This document shows positions 39,690-48,742 of a stretch of DNA of 64,000 nt, one piece after another. The translations under genes were made by a program, and so were the position numbers. Below the pieces are notes generated by a model. It did no database searches. It saw only the letters and a list, made by a program, of their open reading frames with translations, and was not told the origin of the DNA. This DNA is from Acidobacteriota bacterium (GTDB lineage: Bacteria; Acidobacteriota; UBA890; WLXD01): NCBI GenBank assembly GCA_965248695.1, contig CBDFKD010000002.1, forward strand, positions 2,624,001 to 2,688,000, given 5' to 3'. Every line of letters starts with the position of its first letter. The stretch's first letter is position 1.

Positions 39690-41168
39690 TCAGGAGCGAA
39701 CGCCACGAGCAAACGGGTTGAGAATCCCGAGCCGGTCACGCAATGGCACGACGTTGCCGTCTGCATCGCGTAGCGGCCATGGCGGATCGACACCCTGGGT
39801 GAGCGGGGTTGCTATCAGCACACCCAAAGCACTTGCCAACAAACCGAATAGATCCGCCGGCAGGGTTGGGAACAACCTCCCGCTAATGAGCCAGGTCATG
39901 ACTCCGGCGATCATGCCGGTAAGGGCGCCACAACGATTTGCCTTCGACCACCAGATCCCGGCAATGAACGGCGCCGCCATACACACCAGGGTGATCGAAA
40001 CGGCATCGAGCATCAGCGAGTAGATCGTCTGCACATAGAGCGCAATCACGAGGGCCGTGGAACCGAGTACAGGAACCGCGAGACGCGCCGTCATCAAACG
40101 TGTCCGATCGCTGACCGCGGGAAAGAAGAAGGGCACGATGTCCGAAGCGACGATGCTCGCCGGCGACAGCAATGCGCTGTCGGCGCTGCTCATGATCGCG
40201 GCCAGCAGTGCCCCGACGAAAATCGCCATCGCGACCGGGTGCAGAAGACGCATCGCCAACTCGGGGACAACGAGCTCCGGGTCGACCAACCCCGGCAACG
40301 CGATGGCGCCGGCCATGCCCAAGAAGACCGGGATCATGCCGATGGTCAGATATCCGATTGCGGCCAGATAGGCGGCGTTCTGGGCAACCGACTCGTCACG
40401 ACTCGACAATGTTCGTTGCAGAACGTTCTGGCTCGGCAAGCTACCAAGACCGACGATCGCCCAGGCTCGCAGATAGTTGAGCCAGGACCCAAGATCGTGC
40501 TGTCGCGGAACCATGCGGAAGCTGCCCTCGGGCAACGCCGCCATCACGGCATTGACCCCGCCGAGCTCGCTGATGACGAGTGGCAGCAAAAGCACCAAGC
40601 CCGCTGTCAAGATCAAGACCTGAGCGAAATCGGTCAGCGCCACCGCCCACATCCCGCCCGCCGCTGTGTAGACCAGGACGATCACCGTCGCGATCAGGAC
40701 TCCGGTAGTGGTCGAGATCCCCACAATCGCATGCAGGATGTAGCCGAAGGCAACCAGTTGCGCCCCGGCCCAGCCAACGTTGGTGGTACAAATCGCCACC
40801 GCCGCCAGCATGCCTGCGGTATCACCGTATCGGCTCTTGAAGAAGCCGACTACCGTCAGCAACCGCAGCCGGCGCAGCATCCGAGCAAAGAACAGACCGA
40901 TCAGAACGAGCACCAGCGCCGCAGCAAAGGGAACTGCGATGACGCCCAGAAAGCCGTCTGTATACGCGGCGCCCGCGGCACCCATCACGGTGCCAGCGGA
41001 CATCCAGGTGGCCACCAGCGTCGACGTACAGAGCCACAGGGGAAGACGGCGACCGGCGACGACGAACTCGTCGGCGCTCCCGACGCGGCGCGCAGCGACG
41101 ACGCCGATCACCAGCATGCCGAGAAGATAGAGACCGACACCGGTGAGAACGATCTGTTGATCGCTCAC
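39690..41168 (-). CDS. sodium:solute symporter (choline-transporter-like SLC5 subgroup)
   Basis: FVVAGRRL, ATW, YT..GGMWAVALTD..Q, Q...QR, AAIMSSADS; about 13 hydrophobic segments. Confidence 0.92.
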   Translation of the reverse strand: MSDQQIVLTGVGLYLLGMLVIGVVAARRVGSADEFVVAGRRLPLWLCTSTLVATWMSAGTVMGAAGAAYTDGFLGVIAVPFAAALVLVLIGLFFARMLRRLRLLTVVGFFKSRYGDTAGMLAAVAICTTNVGWAGAQLVAFGYILHAIVGISTTTGVLIATVIVLVYTAAGGMWAVALTDFAQVLILTAGLVLLLPLVISELGGVNAVMAALPEGSFRMVPRQHDLGSWLNYLRAWAIVGLGSLPSQNVLQRTLSSRDESVAQNAAYLAAIGYLTIGMIPVFLGMAGAIALPGLVDPELVVPELAMRLLHPVAMAIFVGALLAAIMSSADSALLSPASIVASDIVPFFFPAVSDRTRLMTARLAVPVLGSTALVIALYVQTIYSLMLDAVSITLVCMAAPFIAGIWWSKANRCGALTGMIAGVMTWLISGRLFPTLPADLFGLLASALGVLIATPLTQGVDPPWPLRDADGNVVPLRDRLGILNPFARGVRS

Positions 41169-41242
41169 GGCACCTGGTTCTTGGCCATAGTCTTCGTCAG
41201 GTCAGAACCTTCAATCATCCACCCCACAGAGGAGCCCGCGCC

Positions 41243-41689
41243 ATGAGCGAAAGTGAAGTCAAGCCGCAGGTCGTGAGAGAAGGCGACGTGAAGATGGTTG
41301 GGCCCGGCCATGACGCCAGCCATTACATCTCCGTTCCCATCAAGCAATTCTTCCGGCTGAAGAACGTGGGCAACGTCGGTGTCTGTCACATGGAACCGGG
41401 TGATGAGACGTGCGTATTCGCAATCGAGGAAGACGACGATGGGACGGCACCGCACCACTATGGCGCCTGCGACGAGTTCTACTACATCCTGTATGGCGAG
41501 TTTACGGTTTGGTGGGGAAAAGACGCCGCCAATCTGGACCAGTCCTACGCGCTCGAAGAAGGCGACTGCGCGTATTATCCGACGGGCTGGAAGTACAAAG
41601 TGAAGAACACCGGGAGCTCACCCGGCAAGTTCTTCTACTACATGTCATCGCCGCGCAGCGGGATTCAGCGGCTCGACAAGGTGACCTAG
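41243..41689 (+). CDS. cupin-domain protein with atypical ligand set
   Basis: GAGGAG RBS; HHYGACDEFYYILYGE and LEEGDCAYYPTGWKYKVKNTG. Confidence 0.8.
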   Translation: MSESEVKPQVVREGDVKMVGPGHDASHYISVPIKQFFRLKNVGNVGVCHMEPGDETCVFAIEEDDDGTAPHHYGACDEFYYILYGEFTVWWGKDAANLDQSYALEEGDCAYYPTGWKYKVKNTGSSPGKFFYYMSSPRSGIQRLDKVT

Positions 41690-41736
41690 TGGCCGGTAAC
41701 ACTTCCACCACGGCCTGCTCGAGAGTGAGTTAGAGG

Positions 41737-43374
41737 ATGCAAGCGGACCTTGTCCTGTTGAACGGCAAGATCGTCACGATGGACGCTGCGGGCTCTGCCG
41801 TCCAAGCGCTGGCGGTCCGAGGCGATCGTTTGATTGCAGTCGGCACGAATGCCGATGTCGAACCCCTGCGCGGCAAGAACACTCGAACGATCGATCTAAA
41901 AGGCCGCATCGTACTTCCGGGGTTCATCGATGCCCACGTCCACGTGGACTGTGCGGCCGTCAACACGAAGCTCGCTACCAGCTGTCACATCCCACCGGTC
42001 GACTACGTCGAAGTTCTCGATACCACCGGGTCCAAGGAAGCCATCCTGAGTTTCGTCAAGCAGGCTGCGCTGGAGACCCACGCCGGGGAGTGGATCATCG
42101 GCCAGGGACGCTTCACGCTCGAAGTCGACGGCAACTCACCCAGCAAGGAGCAACTCGACGCAGTCGCTCCGCGCCACCCCGTCATGATCCGCTACAGCGC
42201 GCATTCACAGCTGCTCAACAGCAAGGCGCTCGAGCTCGTGGGCATCACCCGAGATCGTCCGACGCAAGACGAGCTAGACGAAGTCGCTCCTGGGGCTCGA
42301 GTACGCCGAGATCCTGCAACCGGTGAGCCAACCGGCGTGGTGAACGAGTGCATCGACTGGGTCTTTCCTCGCAGTAGCCCGTGGAAATACGACGAGTTGC
42401 GTCGCGCCATTCGTCAAACCTGCGAGGAAGCAAGTCGTTTCGGCGTCACGGGTATCCACGAGTTCGTGTGCTGGCCCGATAGCGCGCGCGTCTATCAGGA
42501 GCTCTACAGAGATGGAGACTTGCCGCTGCGCGTGCAGCTCTGCCCCTGCGTTTGGGGCCTGATGCAAACGCTGACAATGGACTCCCTGGTGAACCTCGGC
42601 CTACAGACCGGCTTCGGCAACGACTGGATCAAGTTCGGAAGCGCAAAGATCTTTGTCGATGGCGAAGGGCGCGACGCGAACGGAGTCGGTGAAATGTGGC
42701 CTCGAATCGAGCAGGACCGGCTCGATGCCCTCGTTGCCGGCGCCCACCGTGCCGGCATTCGCGTGATGATGCACGCGACATCACGCCAGGGTCAGGACAT
42801 GGCGATCCGCGCCATCGAGGCCGCGCTCAGGGATTTTCCGAAATCGGATCATCGACACCGCATCGAGCATTTCGCGGGCGACTACTGGCCCGAGGGCCTA
42901 GCGCGTTTGAAGCAGTCGGGGATTATTCCCGTTCCGACTCCGTACAGCTCCTGGGGATGGTACGGCGATGCCTGGCTCGACTCTGCCCGGCCGGGCCAAA
43001 AGGCCGTCCCCTATCGATCGCTGTTGGATGAGGGCTTCATGCCACCGGGCAACTCCGATTGCATGGGAACGGAGCCCGAGGCGTTGAATCCGTGGTGGAG
43101 CATCTGGTGTGTCGTGGCGCGCAAGACCCGAAGTGGTCGTTCGATCTGCCCCGAGGAAGGCCTCGACGTGTCGGAGGCGATTCGTCTCTACACGACCTAC
43201 TCTGCCTACGCGGGTTTCGAGGAAGCCAGCAAGGGATCGCTCGAGCCCGGCAAGCTGGCGGATTTGATCGTTCTCTCGGAAGATCCCTTCGAGATTCCCG
43301 TGGATGCGCTGAAAGACGTGCGGGTGAACACCACGGTCGTAGGGGGTCGCGTCGTGCACGAGGGAACGGGCTGA
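41737..43374 (+). CDS. YtcJ/amidohydrolase_3 family metal-dependent hydrolase
   Basis: PGFIDAHVH, GEPTG, K.FVDG, RHRIEH, NSD, KGSLEPGKLADL; no signal peptide. Confidence 0.92.
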   Translation: MQADLVLLNGKIVTMDAAGSAVQALAVRGDRLIAVGTNADVEPLRGKNTRTIDLKGRIVLPGFIDAHVHVDCAAVNTKLATSCHIPPVDYVEVLDTTGSKEAILSFVKQAALETHAGEWIIGQGRFTLEVDGNSPSKEQLDAVAPRHPVMIRYSAHSQLLNSKALELVGITRDRPTQDELDEVAPGARVRRDPATGEPTGVVNECIDWVFPRSSPWKYDELRRAIRQTCEEASRFGVTGIHEFVCWPDSARVYQELYRDGDLPLRVQLCPCVWGLMQTLTMDSLVNLGLQTGFGNDWIKFGSAKIFVDGEGRDANGVGEMWPRIEQDRLDALVAGAHRAGIRVMMHATSRQGQDMAIRAIEAALRDFPKSDHRHRIEHFAGDYWPEGLARLKQSGIIPVPTPYSSWGWYGDAWLDSARPGQKAVPYRSLLDEGFMPPGNSDCMGTEPEALNPWWSIWCVVARKTRSGRSICPEEGLDVSEAIRLYTTYSAYAGFEEASKGSLEPGKLADLIVLSEDPFEIPVDALKDVRVNTTVVGGRVVHEGTG

Positions 43375-43406
43375 GATCAGCGCCGCGCCCCTCTGGCGAG
43401 ACGCGT

Positions 43407-44822
43407 TTAACCCTTCGTCTCGAGCCTTCGGACCACCCAATCCGAGGTCCAGTAGACCACGAAGCACAGCACCAACAAGATCACCGGGAAACCGGGCGAC
43501 AGCATTTCCGTGTCCGTACCTCCCGAGACAATGTTGCGGATGATCTCATAAAGCCACAGCCCGATACCGACAGCCAGCGTCAGCGTACCGGGGATCTTGC
43601 GTGCGTCTTTGTGGTACAGCGCCGCCCACAGCACGATGAATGACGGAAGCGTGGCGGCGTAACTGCCCTGTATGAGCTCGAAGGCGCGGGTGCCCGACAG
43701 CGCCAGCCAGGCGCTGGTCACTGCAATGACCACGACGGAGATTCGGGTCAGGGTGATGAGGCTGATGCGGTCCTTGAGAAACGGGCCGACGATGTTTCGC
43801 GCGATCACGCTGGCCGGTGCCAGAAGCCCGCTGTCTACGCTGGAAGTAACCGCGGCGGTGAGGGTCAGCGCGAAGATGACCGACAGGGTCGGCGAGAACA
43901 GCTGCTCCGCCAGCGCCGGGATGACGCCCTGAACGACGGACTCATCGAGTAGCAAGTTGCCGGCAAGCCCGAGGAGAACCGGGAACGCGCCGAAGAAGAT
44001 GTACAGAATCCCGGCTGCGACGGTGGAGCGTGCAGCGGTTCTCGAGGAACGCGCCGCGAACATCCGTTGTGCGAGATCCTGCGTCGCGACGTTGGCGAAC
44101 ACGCCAATGAAGATCAGACCGACCCAGGTTTGCATCTCCTCGAACGAACCCGTGGGAACCCAGACGAGCAGCTCGGCGTCCAGCTGATCGAACAACGCGA
44201 CAGCACCTGAGAACGGACCGCCACCGAGCTCTGCAAGAACACGGAACGTGAGGATGACAATCCCGACCAACAGCAGGCCCAACTGAACGATGTCGGTCAT
44301 CGCGACCGACCACATGCCACCGATCAGCGTGTACAGGGTGAGCACCGTCGTGATCAGGATGACGCCGGTCGAGATCGGCAGGTCGAAATAGACGTTGAGC
44401 ACGCCGGCAAGCCCCAACAGCTGGACCGCGACCCAACCGATGTAGCTGATCGATACGAACGCCTGCAGCTTCTCCGCGATCGTTCCGAACCGCTCGCCGA
44501 TGACATCAGCGAGCGTCAGGAGCTTGGTTTCCCAAAGGGGCCGGGCAAAGAGCCACCCGGACAGGATCAGACAGAACCCGATGCCGATGGGCTCCAGGAC
44601 CGTGATCTGGAGGCCGTCGGTTCGCACCGTATCCGCGGTGACGAGAATGGTCTCCGCGGCGTACCAGGTGGCCATGATCGTGGCCGTCGTCATGAGGCCC
44701 GACAGGCTACGACCAGCGACGATGTAGTCCTCGCCCGTGTGGATTCGCTTGCTGGCCCACACCGAGATCCCCACCATGACGGTGAAGAACACGACGAGGC
44801 CGATCCCTAGTGCCAGTTGCAT
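43407..44822 (-). CDS. sodium:solute symporter (paralog of 39690-41168)
   Basis: DYIVAGRSL, ATW, YTLIGGMWSVAMTD..Q, QDLAQR, SSVDS. Confidence 0.92.
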   Translation of the reverse strand: MQLALGIGLVVFFTVMVGISVWASKRIHTGEDYIVAGRSLSGLMTTATIMATWYAAETILVTADTVRTDGLQITVLEPIGIGFCLILSGWLFARPLWETKLLTLADVIGERFGTIAEKLQAFVSISYIGWVAVQLLGLAGVLNVYFDLPISTGVILITTVLTLYTLIGGMWSVAMTDIVQLGLLLVGIVILTFRVLAELGGGPFSGAVALFDQLDAELLVWVPTGSFEEMQTWVGLIFIGVFANVATQDLAQRMFAARSSRTAARSTVAAGILYIFFGAFPVLLGLAGNLLLDESVVQGVIPALAEQLFSPTLSVIFALTLTAAVTSSVDSGLLAPASVIARNIVGPFLKDRISLITLTRISVVVIAVTSAWLALSGTRAFELIQGSYAATLPSFIVLWAALYHKDARKIPGTLTLAVGIGLWLYEIIRNIVSGGTDTEMLSPGFPVILLVLCFVVYWTSDWVVRRLETKG

Positions 44823-44909
44823 CGCGACTCGGTTCTTTCCTTCTCAGATCTGCGACATAGGCGTCAGGCGGCGCCGCGGTTCGTTGTCTCCGTTTCGGAG
44901 ATGGCCGAG

Positions 44910-45749
44910 CTACGGTCGATGACCCTCGATCCCCTCCACCTCGGCGATGAAAGTCAAGGTGTGTTCCGTCACCTCATCGGTGACCGACATGTGGCCACGG
45001 TTTTCGTAGCGGACGAAGCGGTGGTGAACACCGGCTGCTTCGAGTGCGGCGGCCATGTCAATGGCCTGCTGGATCGGCACCGCGCGGTCGTCCTCGGAGT
45101 GCAGGAAGAGGATCGGCCTGGTCGCGGGACCGATGTTGTGGATCGGCGAGGCGACCTTGCGGACCTCGTGGTCGTCGCCCTCCATCGGCATCCAGCGGTT
45201 CCCCCATGACAGCGTGTTCAGCTCGTAGGGGCCGGACGCACTGACCACCGCACGCACGTCTCTCCTGGCCTCCTCCCAGCCACCAACCCGCTCGTAGGGA
45301 CCCTCGCCCAGCGTCGCCACCAGGGCTACGAGGTGACCCCCTGAGGAGTTGCCGATCAAGTAGATGCGATCCGGATCGATGTTGTACTCATCGACGTACG
45401 CGTGCACCCACCGGATCGCCGTCTGCACGTCCTGATAGGGAGCCGGCGCCGGCGAGGCACCGACGAGGCGGTAGTCGATCGTCATGGCGAAGAAGCCCCG
45501 GCCGGCCCACTCGACCACTTGGAGCCCGCCGTCGTTGACCCGCTGGCCAGCGCGCCACCCACCTCCGTGCACGTACATGATGACGGGCAGATCCTCGCCG
45601 GCGACCGGGTAGGCGATATCGGCAAGGACGGCGGAGCCTAGTGTGCGGCTGTAGACAACGTCCCGCTCGACGGTCACCGGCACTTGCGCCGGCGCAACCG
45701 TCGGCGCCAGTAGCGTCAGAGCCATGAGGGTAGTGAGAACTCTCGACAT
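44910..45749 (-). CDS. secreted alpha/beta hydrolase (HSL/BD-FAE-like esterase)
   Basis: HGGGW, GNSSGG, D..VP and catalytic H in RGH; signal peptide from MSRVLTT. Confidence 0.88.
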   Translation of the reverse strand: MSRVLTTLMALTLLAPTVAPAQVPVTVERDVVYSRTLGSAVLADIAYPVAGEDLPVIMYVHGGGWRAGQRVNDGGLQVVEWAGRGFFAMTIDYRLVGASPAPAPYQDVQTAIRWVHAYVDEYNIDPDRIYLIGNSSGGHLVALVATLGEGPYERVGGWEEARRDVRAVVSASGPYELNTLSWGNRWMPMEGDDHEVRKVASPIHNIGPATRPILFLHSEDDRAVPIQQAIDMAAALEAAGVHHRFVRYENRGHMSVTDEVTEHTLTFIAEVEGIEGHRP

Positions 45750-45889
45750 TCCGATCTCCCGATCGATGGCGTATCTCGAATGCTGGCTGATCTTTTGTTG
45801 GAAGAGGCTCACCCCAAGGTACACCGGAGATCGCCGTTCCGATCGCCACCTACAGCGGCCTCCACGCGCCCGGCGCATGGCTAGCGCTG

Positions 45890-48570
45890 CTACGGATCCG
45901 TCGGCACGAGCCGCTTCAGCTCCTCAAACCAGTTGAGGACAACGACGATATCCGCAGCTTCCTGGCGGCTCTCCCGAACCATCGCGAACTTCAGACCGTC
46001 TGGCGCGATGTCGAAGTTTCGCCGGATTTCGGCCAGCACGACGTAGTCGCCGCCCAACAATGATCGCGCGGTGCCGGGGCGAAGCTCGGCATCGAAGGAG
46101 ACCGGTACGGTCATCAACCGGTTGGCGCTCGGGCTCCAGAACATGAGCTCAGTTCCGTCGGGTCCCCAAAGCGGCGAGTGCCCACCGTCGCTCGAGATTC
46201 GAATCCGCCTGCCTTCGCCGGAAAACGGAACTACGTACACTTCACTGCCGCCGGACTCATAGGACGTGTAGGCGACCCACTGCCCGTCAGGCGAAAAGTC
46301 CGCGTCTGCGTCGATGAACTCCGTCTGTACAAGCGGGCGTGTCTTGTCCGGCTCCGCCACCGGCCGCACCCAGACGTCCCAGTCGGTGGTGAGACCCTGT
46401 TCCGAGTACAGCAGGAAGCGCCCATCGGCAGAGAACGTAGACGCGTACTGCATGTTGGCGCTGGTTGTCAGAAGTTCGGCCGCAGCACGCCCCGCCGTTG
46501 GCCTTCGGAAGAGGTCCGAATACCCGACCCGATGGGAGCTGAACACCAGACTCTCTCCGTCTGCTGCCCATACCGGGCTGTTGTCGTTGGCAGGATGGGT
46601 GGTGAACCGGTCGGAGGTTTTCCGAGTCAGGTCGTAGACCCAGACGTCATCGTCGATTCCGTAGGCGATCTGTCGACCATCAGGCGAGAAGCGAGGCGCA
46701 ACGAAAGGTCCGGGCTCTAGTTGCAGAGGCTGTTCTTGACCGCGCCGATCAACCAGCACCAAACTGCGATCGTTCGGACGAGTCGGGGTGTAAGCGAGTG
46801 TTCCAACAGCAGAGATATCGAAGAACGCTGAACCGGGCCCGATGCCGGTAACGAATACGTCTTCCACCACAACAACGGCAGAGCCCGTTACCTCGAGTCG
46901 CTGCAGGTCGAAAGGCACCGCTACCAACGAATCCCGCCGCCCCATGATCAGATGCCCGGAGGGAGAGTAGTAGGGGTCCGCTCCTACTACCGGCAGCACG
47001 GTGATCTCCCCGTTCGCCAAAGACAGCAGCGCGACCTCTGACTCGTCGAATCGCTGGCTGACGAGGATGTTGAACACCACTGTCTTGCCGTCCGGCAAAA
47101 CGTGTGGCCAGCGATGAGAGTCCAGGGCGGAATCCACCGTGGTGATAGCCCTGTGCTTTCCCCCTCCCGCAGACACTTGCGTGAGACCGGACGCAAGACC
47201 CGCTGCCAGAATGATCGTGTCGTCCGGAGCCCAGCTCGCGCCGCGCAGGAACTCGACGTCGCCGAGCAACAGCGGTGATCCGCCGGCGACCGAGACCTTT
47301 CAGTAGCTTGTTACCGGCGGCGAACCCGATCCACCGGCCGTCCGGCGAGAAGAAGGGATTGTAGCCACCTTCGGTGCCCGCCAAGGGCGTCGCCGACAGT
47401 TCGCCCAATCGCCTCATGTAGAGCCTGTTCACGCCCGCCTCGAGCGCTGCGTATACGAGGTTCCTACCGTCCGGTGAGATCACTACGGATGAAGGGAATC
47501 CGGCCGACTGCAGCTGCACATACGAGGGCACCTCGACGGTCAACTTGGTGGTCAAAGGTGGCGCCGGCGGCCCGGAGGAGCCTGACGCCGCCATCCAAAC
47601 GGCGATGGCTGTCGCTCCGACCACTGCCGCCGCACTCCGCGTCGGAACAACACCTCGCCATGAGAGCTTCACGGCCTGGTCCGACCCGGCGGGTAGGTCG
47701 AGACGGCCGGCGGGATCCGCGAGCGCGGCGACGATGCCGATGCGTGCGTCGGCGATATCGTGCAGGCGTCCATCGGCGTTCTTGGTCAAGCACTGGCGTA
47801 GCAGAAGCCGGATGAGCGGCGAAGTGTCGGACGGTAGGAAATTCCAGTCAGGTTCCCTTTCGAGAATCGCTACCAAGACATCGCTGACCGTGTCGCCATC
47901 GAAGGCGCGCTTGCCGGTCAGCATTTCGTACAGCACACACCCGAAGGACCAGACGTCGGTGCGCTTGTCCATGGGTCTGCCCCGCGCCTGCTCGGGACTC
48001 TTGTAGCAAGCGGTGCCCATGATCACGCCGGTACCGGTTGCTGCCATGATGGTGGGCGAGTGGCTCCTGTCGGCCGACGTCTCGCCGCCATCGACCGCGT
48101 CGGCCTTGGCGAGCCCGAAGTCGAGCACCTTGACCGTCCCGTCGGCCGTCACCTGCACGTTGGCGGGCTTTAGATCGCGATGAACCACACCGGCCTTGAG
48201 CAGCCTCGAACGCCAGTGCAATCCGGCGGGCGATCTCAATAGCCTCACCGACCTCGATGCGACCGGACGCTGCGATCCGCTCGTCGAGGCTCTGCCCCTC
48301 GACCAGCTCCATGGCGATGAAACGCACGCCGGCGGTCTCATCGAACCCGTGGATGGTGGCGATGTTCGGATGATTCAGCGAGGCGAGCAGCTTGGCCTCG
48401 CGCTCGAAGCGTGCCAGCCGGTCGGCGTCGGCAGCGAAGTCCTCGGGTAGCACCTTGATGGCGACATCACGATCCAGCGTCGTATCGCGCGCTCGGTACA
48501 CCTGCCCCATGCCGCCAGCGCCAAGCTGACCGAGAATCTCGTAGTGGCCGAGTTGCGTACCAGGTTCCAT
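45890..48570 (-). pseudogene. Ser/Thr kinase with TM helix and PD40 propeller, broken by two frameshifts
   Basis: Three ORF pieces join at about 48197 (EAA/KAGVVHRDLKPAN) and about 47299 (NKLLK/VSVAGG); YKSPEQ replaces YMSPEQ; the end VVVLNWFEELKRLVP is typical of this family. Confidence 0.85.
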
Positions 48571-48603
48571 GGCGCTTCCGGAACAGTGTCGGGAGGCGCG
48601 TGA

Positions 48604-48632
48604 AGCCTACAGCCACCGGAGACGAGATCCAA
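48604..48632 (-). promoter_or_regulatory. kinase promoter TTGGAT-N17-TAGGCT (copy 3)
   Basis: Same hexamers, spacer and distance to ATG (33 nt) as 9352-9380. Confidence 0.55.
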
Positions 48633-48742
48633 CGTAGACAGCCCCGTATGCTCGCCATCCCGGATTCCGAGCCAGCCCACGGCCCGAGTGCACCCAGAGT
48701 GCACGCAAACGAGCGTCTAGGCACGCTCACCTATCTCCCGAC

